From NCBI RefSeq assembly GCF_963921235.1, contig NC_086097.1, positions 7,998,001-8,062,000 on the forward strand: a DNA stretch of 64,000 bases. Reading direction: 5' to 3'. This document shows positions 25,451 through 37,043 of this stretch, piece after piece. How positions within the stretch are numbered: the stretch's first letter is position 1; each line of letters opens with the position of its first letter. The notes beneath the pieces were generated by a model. The model was not told where the DNA came from, searched no databases, and saw nothing but the letters and a program-made list of their open reading frames with translations. The position numbers were made by a program, and so were the translations under genes. The DNA is from Mobula hypostoma. Its lineage: Eukaryota.

Positions 25451-26509
25451 AAACACTATATATTGCCATAAGAAATATTGCAATAATTGTCATGTAAAAA
25501 GAAAGTAAAAATATTGAAGTAGTGTACATGGGTTCATTGTCCATTCATAGATCTAATGGCAGAGGTGCAGAAGCTGTACCTGAAAGGTTGAGTGTTTGCA
25601 TTCAGATTCCTGCATCTCCTCCTTGATGGTAGCAATGAGAAGAGGGCATGTCCTGGGTGATGGAGGTCCTTAATGAGGGATGTCGCATTCCGAGGCATCA
25701 CCTTTCGAAGATATCCTTGATGCTGGGGAGTCTAGTGCTATTGATGGAGTCCGTGATTGGTAAAGGGGGTTAAAATTTACAGGGAGAAAGTGGGAGAATA
25801 GGGCAGAGAGACAGAAAAAAGTAGCCTTCATTAAATGGCAGAGCAACTCAATGGACCAAATGGCCCTATTCTCCTTCTGTGTTTTATGGTGATCTGCTCA
25901 TAACAGATCTCTGCAAGAACAATCCAATTAGATTCATTTCCATGTTCACTTCCCTTGGCAACGGTTCTGATTGTTCTTTTCCAAGGAACTGTTATGGTTA
26001 TTATACTATAGATTTATTATGTCCACAAGAAAATAAATCTCTGAGTTGTATGTGGTGACATTTATGTACTTTGATAATAAAATTTACTTTGAACTTTGAA
26101 CTCATCATGCATGAAGTACCAGTAGCATTATACTTTTTTAACTTGTGTTGTAAATACACCTTATTATTTGTTATCTGTGGTCTATTGTTTTATGTGTTGT
26201 GTGTGAGTTATATGTACTGTGTTATGCACTTTGGTCCAGAGGAACATTGTTTTATTTGGCTGTATACTTGCATATGGTTGAATGACAGCAAACTTGAACT
26301 TGAACTTCAAATCACTTTCTAATGCTCTGAACACATGGGCGTAGTACATGCTTGGTTTGTGGCAATTTGTGTGTTTTCCCCTCAATGTTTACCACTTGGT
26401 TATTGATAAGATCGGAAAGATAAAACTCTGACAATCTGCTATCTGACCATTCAAAGATCTCAATAGAGCAACTTCTGATTTACTAGATGCCCATTCTTAT
26501 GCTCAGTTC

Positions 26510-26905
26510 CATACCATAGAAACCATAGAAAAACTACAGCACAGAAAGAGGCTTTTTGGCCCTTCTTGTCTGTGCCGAACCATTTTCTGCCTAGTCTCAC
26601 TGACCCGCACACGGACCATATCCCTCCATACACCTCCCATCCATGTATCTATCCAATTTATTCTTAAATGTTAAAAAAGAACCCACATTTATCACCTCAT
26701 CTGGCAGCTCATTCCATATCCCACCACTCTCTGTGTGAAGAAGCCCCCGCAATGTTCCCTTTAAACTTTTCCCCCCTCATGCTTAACCCATGTCCTCTGT
26801 TTTTTTTCTCCCCTTGCCTCAGTGGAAAAAGCCTGCTTGCATTCACTCTATCTATACCCATCATAATTTTATATACCTCTATCAAATCTCCCCTCATTCT
26901 TCATA
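26510..26905 (-). mobile_element. CR1 LINE 3' end
   Basis: MRGDLIEVYKIMMGIDRVNASRLFP...RGHGL. (TTCTATGG)n tail. Confidence 0.9.
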
Positions 26906-28006
26906 CCATGGAGCTCCATTCTATCCTACCTTTCACACATCAGGGTCGCAGTTTCTTCACAAGTTTTCAGTCACCAGGATCCTGGTTTCCACACTCCTTC
27001 TCGCGTTCAGGGGTCTCAGTTTCCCAAGTTCCTTTGAAGTCCTTGGAGTCTATACTCTTCCATTCCCTTTAAACTCACTGAGATCCTGGTTCCCACACTC
27101 ATTTGAAGTGTGGTTCTGTCTTGCAGTGCTCCACAGACAGCTGTGGAGGCAAAGTCATTGGCAATGTTTAAAGAGGAGGTTGATAAATTCTTGATTAGTA
27201 AGGGCGTCAAAGGTTATGGGGAAAAGGCTGTAGTTAGGGTGTCTAAGGCTTTTGCACAGTACTGTATTTGTCAATGTGGAACAGAGAGCAAGTTCGTAAA
27301 TCTGGTGGGAGCAAAGGATGGTGGGAATGGTGAATTTGGAGTAGCGTGGGACAGGTGGCAGAGAAAGAGTGCTGGGGTGGGGTAGGGGGCTGTGTCATGG
27401 GTGCAGACACACAAATTGAAATTTGTGTTCTTTTTATGTCCAGAACTTGAATATAATGGGAATATGCGAGGGGTGATTGATAAGTTTGTGGCCTAAGGTA
27501 GAAGGAGTCAATTTTTATTTTTCAACATAGTCCCCTCCTGCATGTACACACTTAGTCCAGCGGTCGTAGAGCATACGGATCCCTTCTTTGTAGAAGTGGG
27601 CCACAGCAGGGAGTGATTGATAAGTTTGTGGCCTAAGGTAGAAGGAGATGAGTTATTAACTTAAAACTTTCTGCATTAACACTCAAAGAGTTGAACTGCA
27701 CGTGCATGTAACGAGAGTGTCTTGGACCTCCAGGTGGTCCACAGCAGGGAGTGATTGATAAGTTTGTGGCCTAATGTAGAAGGAGATGAATTATACAGCT
27801 CTCATTATATGCACGTGCAGTTCAACTCTGAATGATTCTGCAGAAAGTTTTAAGTTAATAGCTCATCTCCCTCTAACTTAGGCCACAAACTTATCAATCA
27901 CCCCTGCTGTGGACCACTTTCTGGAGGTCCAAGATGCCGACTTCTACAAAGAAGGGATCCGTATGCTCCACGACCGCTGGGCCAAGTGTGTAAATGTAGG
28001 AAAAAT

Positions 28007-28182
28007 TAATCACTTTCATACCTCTTACTAGTTCTTCCTTCAGTTAGTCCTGACGAAGGGTCTCGGCCTGAAACGTCGACTGTACCTCTTCCTAGAGATG
28101 CTGCCTGGCCTGCTGCGTTCACCAGCAACTTTGATGTGTGTTGCTTGAATTTCCAGCATCTGCAGAATTCCTCGTGCTTGCG
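28007..28182 (+). mobile_element. Penelope-like pLTR fragment (young subfamily)
   Basis: Near-identical to 33150-33315, 61930-62066 and 55476-55590. Confidence 0.85.
28046..28082 (+). ncRNA. Minimal type I hammerhead ribozyme motif
   Basis: AGTC | CTGACGA | A GGGT-CTCG-GCCT | GAAA | CGTC^ | GACT(G). The core is complete, with a GUC cleavage triplet and palindromic ACGT in place of stem III. Confidence 0.8.
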
Positions 28183-29184
28183 TTGAAAAATAAATGTGCT
28201 AGGGTTTCTAAAATTGACTCCTTCTACCTTAGGCCACAAACTTATCAATCACCCCTCGTACATAATGCCATGAATTTCTGTATTCTGTTCTTGGTGTTGC
28301 ACTTTAGAAAGAAAATTTTCATCTCAGAAAGAATGCAGAGTTTCTGCAGATGATGAAAATCCAAAGCAACAGACACAAAATGCTGGAAGAGCTCAGCAAC
28401 TCAGGCAACAGTTATGGAAAACATTACACAGTCTATGTTTTGGAGACACGGTCATTTGATTCCATACAATTAGTTTATTGATCATTTCAGAATGTATCTC
28501 TAGTGTTTTCTGCTCCCCCCCTTCTCCCTTCCCCATTTCCTTTCCCATTTCCCAAACATAGTTTCCTCTCCCTGCCCCCTTCCCACTCTCGGTGCACAAT
28601 AGAGACCCGTATCACATCACTCACATATGTCAAAGATGACCCTGGATTCCAACTCAGTCCTGCTGGAATGCAATGAAAAAGCAATAATATGCATTGAGGG
28701 AACATGGGCAACTTTTTTATTTCAAAATGTTCGTTCATTCTCAAGGCAGTTGCAGTGAAACACCACAATGGATTTAAAACGCTTTACATTTAATCGACAC
28801 CATTCACATCCCTTTTTGAACACTCCAGAGAGATTTCCAACTGCCTAAGTATCTCTGAATCACAGTCAATCTTTTGAAATCAGAATTAGGCAATTTATGT
28901 ACAGCAAGCTTCCACAAGCAACAACATGTAAGTGACCGGATTAGTACTTCATCCAAATTTTTATAAAGTGGTTTTGCACAGTTTTCCGGAAAATAAACTT
29001 TGATTTTTTTTTGTGTAACACACACAAACTGCTGGAGGAACTCAGCATATCAGACAGCCTCTATGGCAATGAATAAACATTCGACATTTCAGGCCTAGAC
29101 CTTCCACATTTTGCCTGTTGCTTTTTTTTTGGATTAAATAATTGCCGATGAAAAGCACGGAAGTAAAATCATAAATCAACCATG

Positions 29185-29383
29185 CAACACACACAGAATG
29201 CTGGAGGATCTCAGCAGATCAGGTAGTATCTATGCAAAAGAGCAAACACCTAAAGTATCCTGAAGAAGGGTCTCAGCCCGAAATGTTGATTGTTTATTCA
29301 TTTCCATAGATGCTGCCTGACCTGCTGAACTCCTCCAGCGTTTGATGTGGATTTCCAGAATCTGCAGATTTTCTTGTGTTTGT
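29185..29383. mobile_element. Penelope-like pLTR, small fold-back insertion (older subfamily)
   Basis: Antisense arm 29185-29250, then sense arm with CTGAAGA AGGGTCTCAGCCC GAAA TGTT (29260-29287). Confidence 0.75.
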
Positions 29384-30346
29384 AATCAGCCTTACATTTG
29401 TGTAGGGTGATATTTAACAATGCACATTTCAGCTTGTTTTCTAGGGCCCAAACATTTAATATAAGCAACACACACGAATTCTGAAATGAACAATTTTGAT
29501 GTTACATGAGTAAGCTTCTGATTGTCAATACAAGTTCTTGCATTGGTGGAAAACTGGTGGGATAAATACACACAAGAACACAGATGGATGGGCAGATTTC
29601 CCTGTCTCTGCATCTGAGGCTGATGGACTGTCTGTGCACCGCCAATACAGGAGGGGCAAGATGTGACCCTGAATGGTCCCTGCTTAATGTTGCTGCCTGT
29701 TAGTTTAAATAAGCAAAAAACAGAACAGATCCCTGATGAGCACAGACCCATCACAGTCCAATTTCATACATTTGTTGTGCCAAGAAAGAAAATGAATCTT
29801 AGGGTAGTATATAATGCCATATACTGCAAGTACTTTGATAATACATTTACTTTGAACTTTGAACTTTGAAATAATCCACTAGAACCAACCAATAAATCCA
29901 AGTTTTCTATGACACAGAGAGTTGTGCTGTGATAGGTAGTGTAGATAGGAGCATAAAATTGCCACGTGTCATTGACTCGTTAAAGTCTCTGTTAACCTGC
30001 CAAAACCAAAAGGTATGACTAAACCTAATATATTAAATGCTCTAAAGGTATGACTAATATTATGCTAGAAAAGGACTAGTAACATCATGAAGGATCCTAC
30101 CCCACTGTTCATAGACTGCTTTTCCCATTTCCGTCAGGGAGAAGGCTACACAGTATCCACAGCAGGACTACCAGACTCAAAAACAGGTACTTTCCCCAAG
30201 CAGTAAGGCTGATCAACACCTCCACCCACTAACCCACCCCGCCACACTCCCAACCACCACTACTTTATCGTTTCCTGTCAGAGCCATCTTATCTACAGAC
30301 ATAGACCAATGCAAAAACTTGAATTGACAATCACAAGCTTATTAAG

Positions 30347-30722
30347 AAACATAGAAACATAGAAAACCTAGATCACAATACAGGCCCTTCAGCCCACAAT
30401 GCTGTGCTGAACATGTACTTACTTTCAAAATTACCTAGGGCTACCCATAGCCCTCTATTTTTCTAAGCTCCATGTACCTATCCGGGAGTCTCTTACAAGA
30501 CCCTATTGTATCCGCCTCCACCACCACCGCTGGCAGCCCATTCCAAGCACTCACTACTCTCTATGTAAAAAAATTACCCAACATCTCCACTGTACCTACA
30601 TCCAAGCACCTTAGAACTGTGTCCTTTTGTTTTAGCCATTTCAGCTCTGGGAAAAAGCCTTTGACGATCCACATGATCAATGCCTCTCATCACCTTATAC
30701 ACCTCTGCTAGGTCACCTCTCA
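30347..30722 (-). mobile_element. CR1 LINE 3' end
   Basis: Same subfamily as 6597-6980. (TTCTATGT)n tail. Confidence 0.85.
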
Positions 30723-30814
30723 AATGACCTTGCCTGGTGTCTCAGGGCTGGGTGTGTCTGCACCTATGCCACCCCCTGCCCCTGGCACTCCTTCTGTGCC
30801 ATCTGTCCCACACC

Positions 30815-31165
30815 CATAAGATCATAAGATATAAGAGCAGAAATAGGCCATTTGGCCAATCGAGTCTGCTCCACCATTCAATCATGGGCTGATCCAATTC
30901 TTCCAGTCATCCACATTCCCCTGCCATCTCCCCATACCCTTTGATGCCCTGGCTAATCAAGAACCTATCTATCTCTGCCTTAAATGCATCCAATGACTTG
31001 ACCTTCACAGACACTCATGGCAACAAATTCCACAGATTTACCACCCTCTGACTAAAGTAATTTCTCCGCATCTCAGTTCTAAAAGGACATCCTTCAATCC
31101 TGAAGTTGTGCCCTCTTGTCCTAGAATCCCCTACCATGGGAAATAACTTTGCCATATCTACTCTG
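30815..31165 (-). mobile_element. CR1 LINE 3' end, different subfamily
   Basis: Reverse complement gives RGHNFRIEGCPFRTEMRRNYFSQRVVNLWNLLP. (ATCTTATG)n tail. Confidence 0.85.
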
Positions 31166-31724
31166 TTCAGGCCTTTTAACATTACTACCTCCTACGGCAC
31201 TCCATATTCTTATATATTCTTATTTGTAATTTATATTTTTATTATACATTGCAATATACTGCTGCAACAAAACAACACATTTCACAAGATATGCCAGTGA
31301 AAATAGCGTGATTGTGATTCTGATTCCATTTTTGTTTAATGTATTCTTCACTGTCCCTATTGTAATTGGTAAATAGATAATCTGATAAATTTAGCTGACT
31401 GCATCATTGAAACAGCACTGTACTTCCTCAGGACACACAAAATGATGATTTTTTTTACCATTCTCAGGTATCAAGATCTAGTGATTGCAGACAGTTGGGA
31501 GTAATTGCCCCAGCTCAGTCTCGAGGTTAAGGCCCCCCTGCTAGATTTTGACAGTTACTTTGCAAATAGTCTGCCCTTTGATTAGCAAGGTTACTACTTT
31601 ACAGAACACAATACAACTATGACATTCCAGAATGCTGTAGCATTTCTTGTCTTTGGGTTATGGTGTCCGATAACTAAACTGTTAAACAGAAGTGTTCTGT
31701 TGCCGATCACCTCTTAAGCAGAGG

Positions 31725-32010
31725 TGCCACATTAGCGTCACGGTAAGCACAAAGCTATTACTGCTCGTGGCATCAGCTTTCAGAGTTTAATTCCAACACC
31801 GTCTGTAAGGATGCTCTCCTCGTGAACAAATGGGTTTCCTCCAGGTGAGCCAGTTTCCATCCACAGTCCAAAACTGTACTGGTTAGTAAGTTAATTGGTC
31901 ATTGTAAATTGTCCTGTGATTGGGCTCGAGTTAAATAGGTGGGTTGCTGCATGGTGTGACCCTTTGGGCTGGAAGGGTCTGTTCTGTGATATATCTCTAA
32001 ATAAATAGAT
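31725..32010 (+). mobile_element. V-SINE (HE1-like)
   Basis: V-domain GGGTTTCCTCCAGGTGAGCCAGTTTCCATCCCAC and (TAAA) tail. Confidence 0.7.
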
Positions 32011-32358
32011 CAACATAAATAGCTGGAAAGTTCATGTGGCACCTGTCAAGAAATAAAGGGAATTAATGATGAAGGTTTTCAACCTGAAAATTCATTAACA
32101 CTTCCTTCATGTTTGCTGCTTGTCCTGCTGAGTATCTCCAGCATTTAAATCTATGGCAAAAATGGTGTGGTAAGACAGGGATATAAGGAGGAAGGTGGTG
32201 GCGTGGAGTTACATTTCTACCAAAGGAGATGTAAGGTGCTCCTTCCCTCTGCTCCCTGCAGCTCACCTTTGGGCAAGGGGTAGCACCTGCTTAGACCCAT
32301 GAAGGCACGGAAGATGGTGGTGATAGATGGTCTATGAGCAGCTGGTGCACTATCACAA

Positions 32359-33313
32359 CACACATTAAAGTTGCTGGTGAACGCAGCAGGCCAGGCAGCA
32401 TCTCTAGGAAGAGGTACAGTCAACGTTTCGGGCCGAGACCCTTCGTCAGGACTAACTGAAAGAAGAGCTAATAACAGATTTGAAAGTGGGAGGTGGAGGG
32501 GGAGATCCAAAATGATAGGAGAAGACAGGAGGGGGAGGGATGGAGCCAAGAGCTGGACAGGTGATTGGCAAAAGGGATATGAGAGGATCATTGGACAGGA
32601 GGCCCAGGGAGAAGGAAAAGGGGGAGGGGGGAAAAAACCCAGAGGATGGGCAAGGGGTATAGCGAGAGGGACAGAGGGAGAAAAAGGAGAGAGAGAAAAA
32701 GAAAAAGAATGTGTGTACATAAATAGATAACAGATGGGGTACAAGGGGGAGGTGGGGCATTAGCGGAAGTTAGAGAAGTCAATGTTCATGTCATCAGGTT
32801 GGAGGCTACCCTGACGGAATATAAGGTGTTGTTCCTCCAACCTGATGACAAGAACATTGACTTCTCAAACTTCCGCTAATGCCCCACTTCCCCCTCATAC
32901 CCCATTCGTTATTTATTTATATACACACATTCTTTTTCTCTCTCTCCTTTTTCTCCCACTGTCCCCCTCGCTATACCCCCTTGCCCATCCTCTGGGTTTT
33001 TTCCCCCTTCCACCTTTTCTTTCTCCCTGGGCCTTCTGTCCCATGATCCTCTCATATCCCTTTTGCCAATCAACTGTCCAACTCTTGGCTCCATCCCTCC
33101 CCCTCTTGTCTTCTCCTATCATTTCAGATCTCCCCCTCCCCGTCCCACTTTCAAATCCCTTACCAGCTCTTCTTTCAGTTAGTCCTGATGAAGGGTCTCG
33201 GCCCAAAACGTCGACTGTACCTCTGCCTGTAGATGCTGCCTGGCTTGCTGCGTTCACCAGCAACTTTTATGTGTGTTGCTTGAAATTCCAGCATCTGCAG
33301 ATTTCCTTGTGTT
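32359..33313. mobile_element. Penelope-like element inverted (tail-out) insertion, about 1-kb palindrome
   Basis: Antisense arm 32359-32845 encodes GIY-YIG C-terminus RLEEQHLIFRQGSLQPDDMNIDFSNFR*. Sense arm spans 32834-33313. 13-bp TSD TGCACTATCACAA (32346-32358 / 33314-33326). Confidence 0.9.
32417..32453 (-). ncRNA. Minimal type I hammerhead ribozyme motif
   Basis: Reverse complement AGTC CTGACGA A GGGT-CTCG-GCCC GAAA CGTT^ GACTG. Intact core with a GUU triplet. Confidence 0.75.
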
Positions 33314-33542
33314 TGCACTATCACAATTGCTAGTTATGACACCAGCCGGATGATCGGGGTGACCATCTTGTAAAGACACTGTCCAGAAGAAGTCAATGGC
33401 AAATCACCTCTGTAGAAAATTTTACCAAGAGCAATTATGGTCAAACACCATGATTACCCATGTCATACAACATGACAGGTAATGAATGAATGATATATGG
33501 AGCAAAGTACAGAGATGAACAAAAGGAAGGCTGGTGATATCA

Positions 33543-33655
33543 AGGCAACACACACAAAATGCTGGGGAAACTCAGCAGGTCAGGCAGCATCTATGGAAAT
33601 GAATAGATAGTCGACGATTTGTGCTGAGACCCTTCTTCAGGGCTGAGAGGGAAGT
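33543..33655 (-). mobile_element. Penelope-like pLTR fragment, degenerate hammerhead
   Basis: Reverse complement CTGAAGA AGGGTCTCAGCAC AAAT CGTC GACT plus downstream block. Confidence 0.7.
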
Positions 33656-34839
33656 CGTGACATCAAGAATACTGAAGTACAATGGAAGTGAGTAAATAAA
33701 CATCAGGTCAGTGAGTATCTATAAAAGGAGAAGTAAGTGTTAACATTTCAAGCCTCTTTCTCTTTTCACTGATGGTCCTTAAACTGTTGATTGTTTCAAA
33801 CATTTTCTATTTGTATTTTATTTCCAGTTTCTGCATTACTTTTTTAAAATTTTCATGATTAAATAGCATCAGGGAATGATGGTGTATAGCACAAAGGGAT
33901 GGTGGGGACTTTGAGATAAAGAATAAAATCTTGTGTTTCTTTATTCTGCTCTGATGGAGTGTCCCACCTGAATGATTAATCTGCCTTCTCTCTTGAAGTG
34001 CTCTACTTGTGTACTCTAAAGGTCAACTATTAGTCAGTTTTGAAAGAATGTAAAATAAGGATATGTGTCTGTTTCACATCAAAGTAATTGTCCATGTCCA
34101 AGTATATTGAGAGATAGACTATTAAGCTGACCTCATTCTCAAAACAGATTAATTTTCTTCAGACTGAAAATTTATAAGGAAATTATAAAAGGAATCAGCG
34201 AGAAAAACCCAATCAGTTGGATTCTGGAGTAGTTAGAAAGACATTTTTCATTAAAGTTTTTCTTTTTAATAAAGCAAACAATATTTAATTCAGGGTAATG
34301 TCTTTAAATAATTATCTATTGGTGATTCACATGCATCTCAAGGTGATAATATCTCCATCTAGATTGCAGCCTAGATACAGCATTGATCTATGCCCTGTTT
34401 TTTTAGGAAATGTTTTTTTGCAGAAATTGGCCTGACTTGGAGCAATTTTCATTGGTGATCATTTCTGTGTGAAATTGCACCTGTTGGGGAATTGGAGCAG
34501 GCAATGTTAGGCGCGATTCAACACTGTGCATGTGATTTTTTTTTTTACTAATATCGGATGTCTTAGGGGTCATTCTGGAGTTATGACATTATAGGTTGCA
34601 TAATTATGGATAAAGTAAAATGGGAACCTGTTTTCAGGAAATAAAACATAGTATACCATTTAACTTCCACTGATAACTTGTGGTTAGTGAAACCAATTAC
34701 TCGATGTGTCAAATTCCGATTCCATCTCATTAAAACAACATAGGGAAGACAATGAATACATGAATGCTTCTGCATTGTTAAAAGTCTATTCATGTCACTG
34801 AATACACAGTTTAGGACAAGTTTGTACCGTTGCTTATCC

Positions 34840-35150
34840 AATGCCCTCTTCCCAATGCTACCATCGGGGAGGAGGTACAGAAGCCTGAAGACACACACAC
34901 TCAACATTTCAGAAACAGCTTCCTCCCATTTGCCAGATTTTTGAATGGACATTGAACCCATGAACACTATCAAACTACTTTTTTTTCTTTTCGCACTACT
35001 TATTTACCTTAAGAAAAAAAATATATGTATGCTGTCTATACCTCTATAGTTCACAGTTTCTATTATTATGTGTTGCAATGTACTGCTGCCAGATAACAAC
35101 ACATTTCAAGACATATGTCAGTGATATTAAACGTGCTTCTGATCCTGATA
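34840..35150 (+). mobile_element. Rex1/Babar 3' end
   Basis: LPSGRRYRSLKTHT..FRNSF motif and UTR as at 46000-46320. Confidence 0.75.
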
Positions 35151-35309
35151 AACTTTCTGGATAGTTGTATATCCTTGGAGCCGTCCCTCGACACTGTAAC
35201 AAAATAGCTATGTTCTGGGTGTCAGGAGTTTGTACTCAGAAGCTGTTGGGTCAGACACCGGTAATGAATATTGAAAGAGGTTCTGCTAGTTGGGCTGTGC
35301 CACATTGTG

Positions 35310-35944
35310 CGAGGGGTGATTGATAAGTTCGTGGCCTAAGGTAGAAAGGGTCAACTTTAGAAAACCTAGCACATTTATTTTTCAACATAGTTCCCTCCTA
35401 CATTTACACACTTAGTCTAGCGGTCGTGGAGCATACGGATCCCTTCTTTGTAGAAGTCAACATCTTGGACCTCCAGAATGTGGTCCACAGCAGGGGTGAT
35501 TGATAAGTTCGTGGTCTAAGGTAGAAGGAGATGAGTTATACAGCTCTCGTTACATGCACATGCAGTTCAACTCTGAGTGATTATGCGAAAAGTTTAAAGT
35601 TAATAACTCGTTTCCTTCGACCTTAGGCCACGAACTTATCAATCACCCCTGATGAGTTATTAACTGATCAGTTATTAACTTCAAACCTCTGCATAATCAC
35701 TCAAAGAGCTGACCTGCATGTGCATGTAACAAGAGCTGTATGACTCATTTCCTTCTACCTTAGGCCACAAACTTATCAATCACCCATCTGTGGACGCTTT
35801 CTGGTGGTCCAAGATCCGTATGCTCCACGACCGCTGGACTAAGTGTGTCAATGTAGGAGGGGACTATGTTGAAAAATAAATGTGCTAGGTTTTCTAAAAT
35901 TGACGCCTTCTGCATTAGGCCACGATCTTATCAATCACCCCTCG
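35310..35944. mobile_element. Mariner-derived fold-back MITE (second copy)
   Basis: CGAGGGGTGATTGATAAG...CTTATCAATCACCCCTCG followed by TA. Near-palindromic. IRMLHDRWTKCVNVGGDYVEK* at 35815-35880 and its inverse at the left end. Confidence 0.9.
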
Positions 35945-36336
35945 TAAGTGTGTAGCGACACTAGTGTTTGTGTTGTAGTTATCATAACATGATTACAGTA
36001 CCAGAAACCTGGCTTCAATCCTCCCGCTGTCTGTATGTACTCCCTGTGTCCACGTGCATTACCTCTGGGTGCTCCCTCATTCCACAACGTACAATTGGGT
36101 CAGTAAACTGCAGGCATGCTAAGCTGCTACTGGAAGCATGATGATACAGGTACTTGCCAGCTGCACGGTCCTCCGATAGTGTTGGACCTTGATGCAAACA
36201 CACATTTCACTTTATGTTTTATGTTGTAGGCACATATATTTTTCTCTTCTAATATTTATATCTGTGCACTTCAAATGCTACTGTGACACTGTAATTTCCT
36301 TTTGGGATCAATAAAGTATCTATCTATCTATCTATG

Positions 36337-36922
36337 AAGCTAGGGTGCCTAAGACTTTTGCACAATATTGCAGTTATTTTTACGTATTGCGCTGTACTGT
36401 TGCTGCAAAAGAAAAGAATTCAAGACATATGTGAGTGATGGGGTACCTCACACAGCATCCACACAAACGAATTACCCAGATTGCGGGGGCCGAGGGCTGT
36501 TTCCCTAGACGACAGTGAGCCGAGCGACCCTGAGGGTGGCCGGGGGTGGGGGGGGGGGCGGGCTACACATGATTCTGATATGGGTTTATATTGTGGACTG
36601 AGAGTGGGAAGGGGGCAGGGAGAGTGAAATCAGGATTGGGAAAGAGGGGAGGGAGTGGCGAGGGAGCAGGAAGCACCAGAGGGACATTCTGTAATGATTA
36701 ATAATCCAATCCTTTGGAAACAAATGATCTTGCCTGGTGTTTTAGGGCTGGGTACATCTGCGCCTGTTCCACCCACTCTTTCTCTGCTCCCTGTCCCACA
36801 CCCCTCCCACTGCACTCCACCCTCACCAGTCCCAAAACCCTTTGGTCCTGCCAGACTTAAAAACTCACTTTCTATTCCACAGTGACAAATACAACAATGA
36901 GCTCAAAAATTATAGGCATCCT
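36337..36922. repeat. Composite Tc1-micro-MITE-bounded repeat
   Basis: Starts with CCTAAGACTTTTGCACA. Body is shared with 5700-5970, 16330-16400, 27235-27415, 28450-28630 and 30722-30815. Confidence 0.6.
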
Positions 36923-36938
36923 ATCTCTCTGCCCCCCC

Positions 36939-36971
<33 letters not shown>

Positions 36972-36975
36972 CACA
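36939..36975. repeat. (CT)n(AT)n microsatellite
   Basis: Directly visible. Confidence 0.9.
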
Positions 36976-37043
36976 GGCTTAAACACCAAACCCACTTAAT
37001 CAATTCTTAGGGCAATCACACAGCGTTCAATGAATTGAATCCC

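Larger units (their letters stand above)
27467..28258. mobile_element. Mariner-derived fold-back MITE, interrupted by a Penelope pLTR
   Basis: TIR CGAGGGGTGATTGATAAGTTTGTGGCCTAAGGTAGAAGGAG at both ends and repeated internally. TA on the right flank. Contains mariner C-terminus DFYKEGIRMLHDRW.KCVNVG. Confidence 0.85.

Noticed and set aside
27467..27905. Regularly spaced ~35-bp repeats resembling a CRISPR array
   Set aside because: The repeats are mariner TIR copies in both orientations, the spacers are self-similar, the context is eukaryotic and there are no cas genes.
32190..32300. HDV-like ribozyme in the head of the RTE-related SINE
   Set aside because: P1-like and P4-like pairings are visible, but I could not build P2, P3/L3 and J4/2 consistently across copies.
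32217..33333. Several 100-175 aa ORFs (MLVNAAGQAAS..., SVSPDEGSRPET...)
   Set aside because: Open frames through the low-complexity Penelope UTR/pLTR. The same pseudo-peptides recur at every copy.
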